Assembly (NCBI GenBank): GCA_021801795.1
Contig: JAJYXR010000028.1
Location: 21,429 to 85,428 of the forward strand
Length of the DNA stretch: 64,000 nucleotides
Source of the DNA: Actinomycetes bacterium
GTDB taxonomy: Bacteria > Actinomycetota > Acidimicrobiia > Acidimicrobiales > JAJYXR01
Reading direction: 5' to 3'
The notes under the pieces are model-generated. The model saw only the letters and a program-made list of their open reading frames with translations. It searched no databases and was not told the DNA's origin. The translations under genes and the position numbers were made by a program. Below, one piece after another: positions 1-9,356 of this stretch (its first letter is position 1; each line of letters starts with the position of its first letter).

Positions 1-46
1 AGCCACCTCCGCCAGGAGCGCAAAGCGCTGGCTGGGGCCGGCAGGC

Positions 47-568
47 TTACACGCAGTCCCGGCACAAGCCGCGCACCGGATCGGCGAGCTGGCTCGGGTG
101 CTTCACGAGGAAGCAGGACCGGCAGACGAACTCGTCGGGTCGCTTCGGTGGCACCCTCTCCACCGAGTCGCTGCGGTCGTCCTCGACCAGGTCGGCATCA
201 TCATCAGCCTCGTCCTCGTCGACGACCAGGCGCTCCTTCAGGATCTCGTCGAGGCTGGCCTCGACGTCCTCGTCGTCATCGTCTTCCTCATCCACCTCGT
301 CGGCGGCGGCAGCCACGGAGGCGGGGTCCAGAACGACTTCCACGACATCTGCGTCCTCGGTGTCGAGCTCGTCATCTGCGAGATCCACCTCGGCCAGGTC
401 GTCGATATCCACCTCGGCCAGGTCCTCCAGGTCGGCCTCGACCAGGTCGTCGTCAGCAAGCTCGTCTATGTCCACCTCGGCGAGCTCGTCGAGGTCCTCG
501 TCGACCAAGTCGGCCAGGTCCTCGGCGTCCAGGTCGTCGTCGGGCATGTCATGGGATTTCTCGGCCAT
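47..568 (-). CDS. DUF4193-family protein (acidic N-terminus, C-terminal 4-Cys zinc ribbon)
   Basis: 173-aa ORF. The N-terminal two thirds are D/E-rich and repetitive. The tail ...RPDEFVCRSCFLVKHPSQLADPVRGLCRDCV (CxxC...CxxC) is the one I recognise from actinobacterial DUF4193 proteins. Confidence 0.75.
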   Translation of the reverse strand: MAEKSHDMPDDDLDAEDLADLVDEDLDELAEVDIDELADDDLVEADLEDLAEVDIDDLAEVDLADDELDTEDADVVEVVLDPASVAAAADEVDEEDDDDEDVEASLDEILKERLVVDEDEADDDADLVEDDRSDSVERVPPKRPDEFVCRSCFLVKHPSQLADPVRGLCRDCV

Positions 569-987
569 CGTTCCCTCTTAGGTGGTCGTTTGGGGCGGGA
601 GCATAACCGCTTCGGAGCACTGATCGGTCGCTTTCCCGGAAAAAGACTGCCCGAGAGCGCGAAGTGCCTGCTCCACGCTTCGGGCGGCAGGCCCGGGGAC
701 CTTTGGTGCCATCGGCCAGCGACCCATCGGGCACTCTGGTCATCGACGTTCTCTACTCGGTCCCCAAGGCCATCCTCCGCCCAACACAGCATCCCCCCCC
801 TTACCGTTCCGTCGGCGAGTACCCAGGCGGGCCAGCACGGGGCAAGCGGGACTCTGGGCAGACTAGGTGCTTCTACCCCCAGCTCGTCAAGTGAGAAACG
901 GCTGCTTCTAGCAGGAGATATGCGTATACCACCTGCTCAGGCACCGCCCAGGATTCCAACTGGAGTCGCTGCGCAGTGCCCCGGCCT

Positions 988-2622
988 TCAGACCGGGGAG
1001 GACGCCAATGGATCCGAGCCTCTGTCGATCCTGCGCTGCTCGGCTCCCAGGCGACCGAGAGCGTAGTCACCGTGGTCGACGAACTCCATCGCCGCCGCGA
1101 TGAGACCGTGCCCCGCCACATCCGCTATGAGCCGGTGCATCTCCTGGGCAATACGCCGGTAGGAGGGATGCCCCTGTTCGGACGAGCGTAGTTCCAGGAC
1201 GTGCATGGCCTCACGGGCGTTCATCTCCATCACATAGCGCACGTGGTGAGCCAGGGAGAGGGCGTATGGCGCCTGAGCAGGGAATCCCTCGCGAAGCGCT
1301 TCGAACAGCTCTGCAGATCGGTCGATGGACTCGCCGAACTGCCTGGCGAGTCCCGCCTCGGCGACCTCGCTGGGCATCGAGTAGCCGAGGCCACCCGTGA
1401 AGCCCTGCCACTCGATCGAGAGCAGCCGGTGGCGCTGGAGGTCCCGGAAGGCTCCGTAGTCCGACACCACCTCGAACCTGTAGGAGGTACGCTCGAAGGC
1501 CCTGCCCGGACGATGACGCCTGTTCGAGCGGCCACCTACGTAGGCCTTCAGGAGTGCCAGCTTCTCCTCACCCCCGAGTCCCCGGACCATGTCCAGTGCA
1601 GCTGCGTCGGACATATGACTGCCCTCGAAACAGACAGCCGCTATCACCTTGTCCTCCCCGGCAGGGTCGAAATCGCTGAGCGTGACGCCAGCCGATCCAC
1701 CCACGGCCTGGTCCCCAGGGGTATCGCCCCAGAGCCTGCTCACGATCTCCTCGGTTTCGCGTCGCCTCTCGCGGAGGTACTCGATCCACACCAGACCCCG
1801 GTCCGGCCTGTCCACGCGCTCCAGGAACGACGGTATGACCTTCCTCAGTTCACCCAACATCATCTCGCCGTAGCGACGTGCCTCGGGAAGCGGATGGGCA
1901 GCCAGGCGCATGACCAGCAGCTCGTAGGATTGCCCCGTTCCGTATATGCCGACATTGGACAGCGATCCTGCGGGCAGCAGACCTCTCAGGGCGTCCAGGG
2001 CCCGCGCCTTGACCGACTGGCGGTAGGCGATCTCGGAGTCCCCCGCCCGGCGCTCGTGGCGCCTGGCGAACCACCCCTGCATGACTGGGAGCAGCTCGGC
2101 GTAGGTGTCGAACATCCGGTCCATGTCGCCGACGTAACGCGCGCCATAGGCAGAGTCCAGGATCTCCCTGTCGCGGTAGTAACGGTAGTGGCCCGTCGGG
2201 AGACGGCTGTCGTAGGCGATATAGCGAGTCGACTGTTCCAGGTAGGACATGAGCCGCCCCCGCTCCAGAACCTTCGTGAGAATGTTGGAGGCCTGCTCAC
2301 ACGCCAGGTGGACTCCGCCGAGCTGGGCGACCGAATCGTCCCCGTACTCCAGGAACACCCGTTCGTAGAGCTGCTCTGCCCTGCTCAGCCCGACGGTCGC
2401 ATCCACGCCGAGGTCGCCGCTCACGTCGAGGTCGCCCACGAACTCGTCGAGGAAGAGCCGCCTCAGGCTCTTCGCAGAGCGCGAGTAGCGGGCGAACAGG
2501 GCACCCTTGACCACTTCCGGTAGGTTCACCAGGGCAAACACGGGACCATCGAGGCTGGTCACGTAGCGGCGAAGCACATCGGCCTCGCTCTCGCTGAATG
2601 GCTCGTCCGCGTAGGGGAACAT
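988..2622 (-). CDS. ThyX-family (FAD-dependent thymidylate synthase-like) protein, double-length form
   Basis: 544-aa ORF. The C-terminal half carries the ThyX-type motif ...FRDLQRHRLLS... (RHRxxS). The N-terminal half looks like a degenerate second ThyX-like module (...GALFARYSRS...). It is about twice the length of canonical ThyX. Confidence 0.6.
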   Translation of the reverse strand: MFPYADEPFSESEADVLRRYVTSLDGPVFALVNLPEVVKGALFARYSRSAKSLRRLFLDEFVGDLDVSGDLGVDATVGLSRAEQLYERVFLEYGDDSVAQLGGVHLACEQASNILTKVLERGRLMSYLEQSTRYIAYDSRLPTGHYRYYRDREILDSAYGARYVGDMDRMFDTYAELLPVMQGWFARRHERRAGDSEIAYRQSVKARALDALRGLLPAGSLSNVGIYGTGQSYELLVMRLAAHPLPEARRYGEMMLGELRKVIPSFLERVDRPDRGLVWIEYLRERRRETEEIVSRLWGDTPGDQAVGGSAGVTLSDFDPAGEDKVIAAVCFEGSHMSDAAALDMVRGLGGEEKLALLKAYVGGRSNRRHRPGRAFERTSYRFEVVSDYGAFRDLQRHRLLSIEWQGFTGGLGYSMPSEVAEAGLARQFGESIDRSAELFEALREGFPAQAPYALSLAHHVRYVMEMNAREAMHVLELRSSEQGHPSYRRIAQEMHRLIADVAGHGLIAAAMEFVDHGDYALGRLGAEQRRIDRGSDPLASSPV

Positions 2623-2735
2623 GCCCTGCCAACAATATGACCCAACGGTCTACCAAGTGGCGGATCGTCCCTGAGCAGGATGCCACGGCTTGCGTCGTGA
2701 CGACTGTCCAGGCAGGTTCCAGTCCGAAGCCAGGC

Positions 2736-4829
2736 TCAGGTATCGGCAGCCACCACCCCCCTGTCGACCATCCCTGCTGCCTGGCCGGCTACGGCCGCGA
2801 GATCACGCGGTGCCACCATGCGAACCTGCCGGAGCAGGTCGGAAAGCTGGCGTGCCGCCCTCACGAAATCGCCAGGGGCGATCTCGGCTGCCTCGAGCAC
2901 CCGGGCCAAGGCGCTGCCCCTGGCCCATCGCCACATGGCCGGGGCCAAGGCATCGTCGAGCTGGCGCATGGGCTCGAGGCCGTAGGAGCTCTCCTTCTCC
3001 CTCGTCGCCTCGCCCAGATCGGCCAGTCTCGCCAGGGCCGAGCCGAGCTCATCAGGCAGGCTCCATCTGCCTCGTCCCCCCGATGAACCCGAGGGAGCCC
3101 TGGGGCCACCGGTCGAGCGTCGGGAGCTTGCACGCGGTCTGCGATCGGCTGGGCGGGTTCCGGCGCGCTGGACGCTCCGACGGCGGGACTCGAAACAGAA
3201 GGCCGACATGAAGGCTGCCAGCCCAGGGGCATCCAGCGTGGCAGCCAGACCAGCTTCTATGGACTCGACGACCAGGAGATCGCATTCGTGGAAGACTCCC
3301 GCCAACATCTCACCGGGAGCCGTCAGGCACCACGCAGCGCGCTGGAGGTAACCCAGCTCCCCGAGCAGCTCCAGGCGCCTGTCCAGCCTCGATGCCAGGG
3401 CTTCGTGATGACGGGGGTCCACGAACTGGGCAAAGGACCTGTCCAGGACATGATGAACCTCGGCTCTGTCGAAGCGCCTTACCAGGTTCACTGCCAGGTT
3501 ATAGGTGGGCCTGAAGGAAGATCGGATGACGGGCGCCTCCGAAGAGGCCAGGCGTGCGACCTCTGCAGCCCTGAGGCTCGGTGACCAGGACACCACCGCA
3601 CAGCCGACGCTATCGAGACCCCGGCGCCCCGCTCGACCGGTGAGCTGAGCGTAGTCCCCTGCGCTGAGCGCAGACCTGCCAGCACCGCTCACCTTGGTAA
3701 GCCGCTCTATCACCACCGTCCGTGCAGGCATGTTGATGCCGAGCGCCAGCGTCTCGGTGGCGAACACCACCCTCAGGAGCCCCTTGGCGAAGCAGTCCTC
3801 CACCGCGCGCCTGAAGGCGGGAATCATGCCGGCATGATGAGCCGCCAGGCCGGCTTCGAGGCCCGTAAGCCATCTCCCGTAACCGAGGGCAGCCAGCTCG
3901 TCGGCCAGGAGCCCCTCGGTGTGTGCCTCGCAGATGGACCTGATCTCCGAGCGATCAGCGCTGCTCGTCAGGCTCACCCCGCCTTCGAGCGCCTGGGACA
4001 CGGCCTCGTCGCATGCCCTGCGACTGAAGATGAAGACGATCCCTGGCAGCAGGTCTGCCTTACGCAGCGCCTCTATCACCTCTGCCCGGCGAGGAGCTAC
4101 GAGCCTGCCACTGGCAGGACCCCAGCGCGACCGTTCCGAGCGAGAGCGCTCGTCGAGCCTGCGGCCTGCGGGTGTCAATCCCCTCGCATCGGCGACCTCG
4201 ACCAGCGCGACATCCCTGGTGAGCCGGTCGCCGGCAGCCACGTAATGGCGCAGGGTCACCGGACGCTGGCTCTCCTCCACCACCTCGAGTGGCCCGCGAC
4301 GCTCGGCCAGCCAAGCACCGAGCTCTCGCGCATTCGACACCGTCGCGGACAGGCACACGAAGCGCGCCCGAGGTGGCGCCAGGATTATCACCTCCTCCCA
4401 CACCGATCCGCGGTATGGATCCTGGAGGAAGTGGACCTCGTCGAGCACGACGAGACCCAGCCGCTCTACCGGCCCCGAGCGGGCGTAGATCATGTTCCTC
4501 AGCACCTCCGTCGTCATCACGACGATCGGGGCCTCGGGTTGGAAGCTGGTGTCGCCCGTCAGCAGTCCTACTGCGTGCTCACCATAGGCCCCCTGGAGCT
4601 CAGCCAGCTTCTGGTTCGACAGCGCCTTCAGGGGCGTCGTGTAGAAGGCCCGCTCGCCCCGCTCCAGGCAGACAGCCAGGGCGTAGTCCGCGACCACCGT
4701 CTTACCAGAGCCCGTGGGTGCCGAGACGAGGACCGACATTCCACGGTCCAGGGCGTCCAATGCCCGCTGCTGGAAGGGGTCGAGATCGAATCCCAGCCTT
4801 TCGCGGAGCCGGGCGCGTAGGTCGCTCAA
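2736..4829 (-). CDS. helY: DExH-box helicase, HelY/Ski2-like
   Basis: 697-aa ORF with Walker A APTGSGKT, a DEVH box, an SAT motif and helicase C motifs (TETLALGINMPAR...LTGRAGRRG). It lies immediately downstream of tatC with a 4-bp overlap, as helY does in Mycobacterium. Confidence 0.7.
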   Translation of the reverse strand: MSDLRARLRERLGFDLDPFQQRALDALDRGMSVLVSAPTGSGKTVVADYALAVCLERGERAFYTTPLKALSNQKLAELQGAYGEHAVGLLTGDTSFQPEAPIVVMTTEVLRNMIYARSGPVERLGLVVLDEVHFLQDPYRGSVWEEVIILAPPRARFVCLSATVSNARELGAWLAERRGPLEVVEESQRPVTLRHYVAAGDRLTRDVALVEVADARGLTPAGRRLDERSRSERSRWGPASGRLVAPRRAEVIEALRKADLLPGIVFIFSRRACDEAVSQALEGGVSLTSSADRSEIRSICEAHTEGLLADELAALGYGRWLTGLEAGLAAHHAGMIPAFRRAVEDCFAKGLLRVVFATETLALGINMPARTVVIERLTKVSGAGRSALSAGDYAQLTGRAGRRGLDSVGCAVVSWSPSLRAAEVARLASSEAPVIRSSFRPTYNLAVNLVRRFDRAEVHHVLDRSFAQFVDPRHHEALASRLDRRLELLGELGYLQRAAWCLTAPGEMLAGVFHECDLLVVESIEAGLAATLDAPGLAAFMSAFCFESRRRSVQRAGTRPADRRPRASSRRSTGGPRAPSGSSGGRGRWSLPDELGSALARLADLGEATREKESSYGLEPMRQLDDALAPAMWRWARGSALARVLEAAEIAPGDFVRAARQLSDLLRQVRMVAPRDLAAVAGQAAGMVDRGVVAADT

Positions 4830-5581
4830 CGCTTCAGTATCCTGCCGATGACTATGGACATCTCGTAGAAAACGTAGAGAGGCACCGCTAGAGCTGTCAT
4901 CGAGAACGGATCACTGCTGGGCGTGATGATCGCCGCGAACAGGACGATGAGGAAGATCGCCCACCGGCGCCAGGACGACAGGGTCCTCGGGGAGACCACG
5001 CCCGCCAGCTCCAGGGACACCAGGACCACCGGGAACTCGAAGGCGATGCCGAAGATGGCCATGAGAGCCAGGATCAGACCCAGATAGCGCTGTGGGTTAT
5101 AGATCTCCTTCAGGGTCGGGCCACCTATGGACTGGAGCCATTGGAGCGCATGGGGAAATATCAGGAAAGCCAGCGCGGCACCCAGGCAGAAGAGGATGAT
5201 CGAGGAGAGGAGGAATGGGATCGCGTAGCGCTTCTCGTTTGCCTTCAGGCCAGGGGTGATGAAGCGCCACATCTCCCACAGGACCACCGGGAGTGCCAGG
5301 AAGGCACCACCGTAGGCTGCTATCTCGATCCTCAGCGACAGACCGTCGAGCGGGCCGGTGACGTAGAGCTGGCAGGGATGCGCCACCCTGCAATAGGGAC
5401 CCTCCAGGAAGGAGAGGATGTGGCCGTAGACGACGAATGCCACAGTCGCCAGGACACTGAAGGCCACCACGGATATGATCACCCGCCGGCGCAGCTCGCT
5501 GAGGTGCTCCACCAGCGTCATTGCCTCGGGTCGTGGCCTGTTGCGGTGGCGGCGTAGCCGCGTGAGAATGCCCACCCGCAC
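4826..5581 (-). CDS. tatC: Twin-arginine translocase subunit TatC
   Basis: 251-aa polytopic membrane ORF. It has ...MTLVEHLSELRRRVI... and 6 predicted TM segments typical of TatC. The true start may be the internal ATG at 5521. Confidence 0.85.
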   Translation of the reverse strand: MRVGILTRLRRHRNRPRPEAMTLVEHLSELRRRVIISVVAFSVLATVAFVVYGHILSFLEGPYCRVAHPCQLYVTGPLDGLSLRIEIAAYGGAFLALPVVLWEMWRFITPGLKANEKRYAIPFLLSSIILFCLGAALAFLIFPHALQWLQSIGGPTLKEIYNPQRYLGLILALMAIFGIAFEFPVVLVSLELAGVVSPRTLSSWRRWAIFLIVLFAAIITPSSDPFSMTALAVPLYVFYEMSIVIGRILKR

Positions 5582-5588
5582 CGCTAGG

Positions 5589-5999
5589 TCAGTTCAGGCT
5601 CGGGTCTTCGAGCGTCTCCCCTGGAGCAACATCGACGCTTATCCGAGACACCACACCGTCGGGCCTGGCAGCACCGCCTGCGGGCACGTCGGGATCTGAC
5701 CCTCCGCCACCGGCCAGCGCTGCATTTGGATAGCCCTGCTCCGCCGTCTCGCGTTCGTGAGCGTCGGCCAGCCGGTCCAGGAAGGCCAGCGGTGAGCGCA
5801 CCGCCTGGGTCACCTCGTGCGTAGATGGTATGTCAGGAAAGGCCCCGCGTACCTCGCTCTCCAGCCGCTCGCGCAGGCGCCGGAGGTCGCCCCAGGCAGC
5901 CCCGACCTGGCGAGCGAGTTTCGGGAGCTTGTCCGGTCCGAGAACGATCAGGCCCACCACCAGGACGACCAGGAGCTTCGCAGGGTCGAGGTTCAGCAT
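5589..5999 (-). CDS. tatB: Sec-independent translocase TatA/TatB family, TatB-like
   Basis: 136 aa with an N-terminal TM helix plus hinge ...VGLIVLGPDKLPKLARQVG... The LGPxxLP hinge is characteristic of TatB rather than the FG hinge of TatA. An amphipathic helix and an acidic tail follow. Confidence 0.65.
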   Translation of the reverse strand: MLNLDPAKLLVVLVVGLIVLGPDKLPKLARQVGAAWGDLRRLRERLESEVRGAFPDIPSTHEVTQAVRSPLAFLDRLADAHERETAEQGYPNAALAGGGGSDPDVPAGGAARPDGVVSRISVDVAPGETLEDPSLN

Positions 6000-6051
6000 G
6001 ACAATGTGATTCTACGACCTCGGGCTCGCCTGGGTGCACAGGGCGGACCCG

Positions 6052-6801
6052 TCAGAACCAGATCTTGAACCGTGAGAGGGGCCAGATCCGCGCGACCACC
6101 CTTCCTACTATCAGCTTCCCCGGTATCGGTCCGAAGTAGCGACTGTCGAGCGAGTCGGTACGGTTGTCGCCCATGACGAAGTACTCGTGAGGGGGGATCA
6201 CCTGGGTCCTGATGTTATTGGTGACAGTGCCCGGAGGCAGCCATGGCTCGGGCAGCAGCTTGCCGTTTATGTATACCTGACCACCATGTGAGGAGATGGT
6301 GTTTCCCGGCAAACCGATAACGCGCTTAACCAGGTCCTTTATGCTGGGCGGACCGATCTCGGGCTGGTTCGGGGGGCGCCTGAAGACGATGATGTCGCCA
6401 CGGTGAACCGGGTGGAAGTCATAGCTCAGCTTGTCGACCAGGATACGGTCCCCGATGTCGAGCGTGGGCTCCATCGAGCCCGAGGGGATGTAGAAGGTCT
6501 GCAGCACGAAGGTGCGGACCCCCACGGCTACCACCAGGGCCACGACGACCACCACCGCCCACTCGATCAGCCATCGGTGCCGCCTGGGCCGGCGCCTGTC
6601 TGGTATCTCTCCGCCGGCGGTGCCGTCCTGTAGCTCTCCGCTGGCAGTGCCGTCCTGTAGCTCGCCGCTGGCGGTGCCGTCCTGTAGCTCTCCGCTGGCA
6701 GTGCCGTCCTGTAGCTCTCCGCTGGCGGTGCCGTCCTGTAGCTCTACGCCCGCGGTCGAGGCCTCCGGACTGGTGGTCTCATCGCTGTCTTCGGCTGCCA
6801 T
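6052..6801 (-). CDS. lepB: Signal peptidase I with a repeat-containing N-terminal tail
   Basis: 249 aa. One TM segment is followed by box B ...IPSGSMEPTL..., box D ...KRVIGLPGNTI... and box E ...GDNRTDSLDSRYFG... No alternative start lies between the repeats and the TM helix, so the repeats are translated. Confidence 0.85.
   Translation of the reverse strand: MAAEDSDETTSPEASTAGVELQDGTASGELQDGTASGELQDGTASGELQDGTASGELQDGTAGGEIPDRRRPRRHRWLIEWAVVVVVALVVAVGVRTFVLQTFYIPSGSMEPTLDIGDRILVDKLSYDFHPVHRGDIIVFRRPPNQPEIGPPSIKDLVKRVIGLPGNTISSHGGQVYINGKLLPEPWLPPGTVTNNIRTQVIPPHEYFVMGDNRTDSLDSRYFGPIPGKLIVGRVVARIWPLSRFKIWF
6607..6741 (-). repeat. 5 x 27-bp in-frame tandem repeat in the lepB 5' region (encodes LQDGTASGE x5)
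   Basis: Read directly. Units are 6607-6633, 6634-6660, 6661-6687, 6688-6714 and 6715-6741, with 0-3 mismatches per unit. Confidence 0.95.
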
Positions 6802-6859
6802 GGTAGTGCGAGGCTAGCGGACTCAGGCTGAGAGATGGGTGCAGGAGCGCCAGGCGTTC

Positions 6860-8218
6860 TCAGAGGTTCGCCATGAGCTTGTCCACCCTGTCGTCATGAG
6901 CCCGGAAGGGGTCCTTCAGCAGCACCGTTCGCTGCGCCTGGTCGTTCAGCTTCAGGTGCACCCAGTCGACGGTGAAGTCCCGACGGCGCTGTTTCGCCCT
7001 CTTCACGAACTCACCCCTCAGCTTCGCCCGGGTCGTCTGGGGAGGGGTGGTCACCGCCTCTAGAACCCGGGCATCGTCCACCACCCGCTCCATCATCCCC
7101 TTCGAGGCCAGGCGGTAGTAGAGACCCCTGGAGCGGTTCACGTCGTGGTACTGCAGATCCACCAGCGCCACTTTCGGGCTGCCCAGCGGTAGTGAGTGGC
7201 GGGCGCGGTAAGCCTCTATCAGCTGGTACTTGGCCACCCAGTCGCACTCTCGCGCCAGGCTCATGGGGTCGGCCTCTATGCCCTGGAGGCAGTGCTGCCA
7301 CATCTGCAGGGCGCGATCCTCCTCGGGGGACAGGCCACGGCTCTCCTTGAAGCGGGTGGCGCGCTCTAAGTACTCGCTCTGCATCTCGAGGGCGCTCAGC
7401 TCACGACCGTTGGCCAGCTTCACCTTCCTGCGGCAGGTGAGATCATGGCTGACCTCCCTGATCGCCCTTATCGGGTTCTCCAGGGTGAGATCACGAAGGA
7501 CGATCCCCGGCTCCTCGAGCATCCGCAGCACGATGCTGGTGGCCCCCACCTTCAGGAAGGTCGCGTACTCGCTCATGTTCGAGTCGCCCACTATCACGTG
7601 CAGCCGACGGTAACGCTCTGCGTCTGCATGAGGCTCGTCGCGGGTATTTATGATCGGCCGCGAGCGGGTCGTGGCGGAAGAGACACCTTCCCATATGTGC
7701 TCGGCTCGCTGGGAGATCGAGTAGGTGGCCCCCCGGGCCGTCTGGAGCACCTTGCCCGCACCCGCGTATATCTGGCGGCTCACGAAGAACGGGATCAGGA
7801 CCTCCGTGTAGTGGGTGAAGTCGTCCCGCCTGCTGGTCAGGTAGTTCTCGTGGCACCCGTATGAGTTACCGGCCGAGTCGGTGTTGTTCTTGAACAGGTA
7901 GATGGTGCCCTTTATCCCTTCCTCGCGGAGGCGTGCCTCGGCACCACCGACCAGGTGGTCCAGGACCAGCTCGCCCGCCTTGTCGTGCGCGACCACGTCG
8001 GCCACCAGGTCGCACTCTGGAGTCGCGTACTCGGGATGGCTCCCCACGTCCAGGTAGAGCCTCGCACCGTTCTCCAGGAACACGTTCGAGGACCGTCCCC
8101 AGCTCACCACCCGCCTGAAGAGATACCTCGCCACCTCGTCCGGGCTGAGACGCCTCTGGCCGCGAAGCGTGCAGGTAACGCCGTACTCGTTCTCGATACC
8201 GAAGATCCGACGTTCCAT
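6860..8218 (-). CDS. pafA: Pup--protein ligase PafA
   Basis: The ORF runs to 8248, but the ATG at 8218 ([13 protein letters not shown]...) follows GAGGGTGGG and gives 452 aa, the PafA length. It belongs to the carboxylate-amine ligase Pup ligase/deamidase family. It is the shorter paralog and lies distal to pup, as in Mycobacterium. Confidence 0.85.
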   Translation of the reverse strand: MERRIFGIENEYGVTCTLRGQRRLSPDEVARYLFRRVVSWGRSSNVFLENGARLYLDVGSHPEYATPECDLVADVVAHDKAGELVLDHLVGGAEARLREEGIKGTIYLFKNNTDSAGNSYGCHENYLTSRRDDFTHYTEVLIPFFVSRQIYAGAGKVLQTARGATYSISQRAEHIWEGVSSATTRSRPIINTRDEPHADAERYRRLHVIVGDSNMSEYATFLKVGATSIVLRMLEEPGIVLRDLTLENPIRAIREVSHDLTCRRKVKLANGRELSALEMQSEYLERATRFKESRGLSPEEDRALQMWQHCLQGIEADPMSLARECDWVAKYQLIEAYRARHSLPLGSPKVALVDLQYHDVNRSRGLYYRLASKGMMERVVDDARVLEAVTTPPQTTRAKLRGEFVKRAKQRRRDFTVDWVHLKLNDQAQRTVLLKDPFRAHDDRVDKLMANL

Positions 8219-8290
8219 CCCACCCTCACCGTAGTGTCTGGCGGCCACCAGGCACGCGCATCTCCGAATCCCAGCCGGTAGCCTTGGTGC

Positions 8291-8557
8291 GTGGGCAAGC
8301 TCGGCATGGTGGCGCTGACCACCGTGGGGTCGACCTTCGAAGCGCGTGTCATGGCAGCTCGCCTCGGCGCGGAGGGAATCCTCACGGAGCTGCGCGGGGC
8401 ATCTGACGGACCCTACCCGCTTCCGGGACTGGTGGAGATACTGGTCCCCGCGAGCGAGCTCTCCGTCGCGCGCCAGATACTCCTCGCCGACCAGGTCGAC
8501 TCGCTATTCGACGGCATAGACACTGCCTCTGCCCCGAACGAGACCGACGCCGACTGA
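8291..8557 (+). CDS. Small hypothetical protein, DUF2007-like (putative signal-transducing fold)
   Basis: 88-aa ORF on the opposite strand between pafA and prcA. The sequence ...[24 protein letters not shown]...[15 protein letters not shown]... resembles DUF2007. This is a weak call. Confidence 0.4.
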   Translation: MGKLGMVALTTVGSTFEARVMAARLGAEGILTELRGASDGPYPLPGLVEILVPASELSVARQILLADQVDSLFDGIDTASAPNETDAD

Positions 8558-8639
8558 ACAGAACGCTCCCCGGACGCACCTGGCTCCAGCCATGGGTCGA
8601 GTTCAGGTCCCACTAGAACCGCCAAGGCAGGTGGGAAAG

Positions 8640-9356
8640 CTAACTGCTCTTCGGACGCGACCTGCTCCGGGAAGACGAGGGGACACCCAGCCTCTCGGTG
8701 AGCTCCGGCACCCCGATACGCCGGAACGCACGGCGTGCTTGGCCACGGGTGAGCACGGCTACCTCCAGCTCCTCTGGAGCCAGCACGCGCTCCCCCCCGA
8801 GTGCCTTCACCAGCTTTCGCAGAGCAGCGTCCAGATCCCAGCGATCCTCGAAAACGGACTCGACTGCCTCCCGGATGGCCTCGGCTTCTCCACCTAGGAC
8901 AGTGAAGGTCACCTCGTCGGTTATGGTCCCCTCGTACGCGATGTGGTAGAGCTGGTCCCCGCTCGGCTCCACTCCGAGCTCTGCTACGAGGATCTCGACC
9001 TCCAGAGGCTTCATCTCGTGGGTGAAGACGTTGCCGAGGAACTGCGCGTAGAGGTTCACGAGGGACCGGGCATCGACGTCCTCACGGCTGAACGCATACC
9101 CCTTCGTATCCGCGTGACGGACACCCGCGACGCGTAGCTGGTCGAACTCGTTGTACTTGCCCACGCCTGCGAACGCGATCCGGTCGTAGATCTCGCTGAC
9201 CTTGTGAAGTGACCTAGAGGGGTTCTCCGCCACTATCAGGATGCCATCCGAGTAGGTCGTTCCCACCAGCGACCGACCGCGCGCTATGCCCTTCTGGGCA
9301 TACTCGGCCCTGTCCTTCATGACCTGCTCGGGCGCCACGTAGAAAGGCATCGTCAT
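8640..9356 (-). CDS. prcA: Proteasome alpha subunit
   Basis: 238 aa. MTMPFYVAPEQVMKDRAEYAQKGIARGRS... matches the bacterial 20S alpha N-terminus. There is a 4-bp overlap with prcB. Confidence 0.9.
   Translation of the reverse strand: MTMPFYVAPEQVMKDRAEYAQKGIARGRSLVGTTYSDGILIVAENPSRSLHKVSEIYDRIAFAGVGKYNEFDQLRVAGVRHADTKGYAFSREDVDARSLVNLYAQFLGNVFTHEMKPLEVEILVAELGVEPSGDQLYHIAYEGTITDEVTFTVLGGEAEAIREAVESVFEDRWDLDAALRKLVKALGGERVLAPEELEVAVLTRGQARRAFRRIGVPELTERLGVPSSSRSRSRPKSS

Noticed and set aside
98-1066. 322-aa plus-strand ORF (and 148-606) overlapping the DUF4193 gene
   Set aside because: It is the antisense or alternate frame of a well-supported gene. Its composition is low-complexity V/L/G/H or R/P-rich, typical of stop-poor GC-rich DNA, and it has no recognisable motifs.
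1201-2523. 440-aa plus-strand ORF antisense to the ThyX-like gene
   Set aside because: It lies entirely inside the motif-bearing minus-strand gene and looks like a GC artefact.
3834-4820. 328-aa plus-strand ORF antisense to the helicase
   Set aside because: The helicase frame carries Walker A, DEVH and SAT motifs. This frame carries none.
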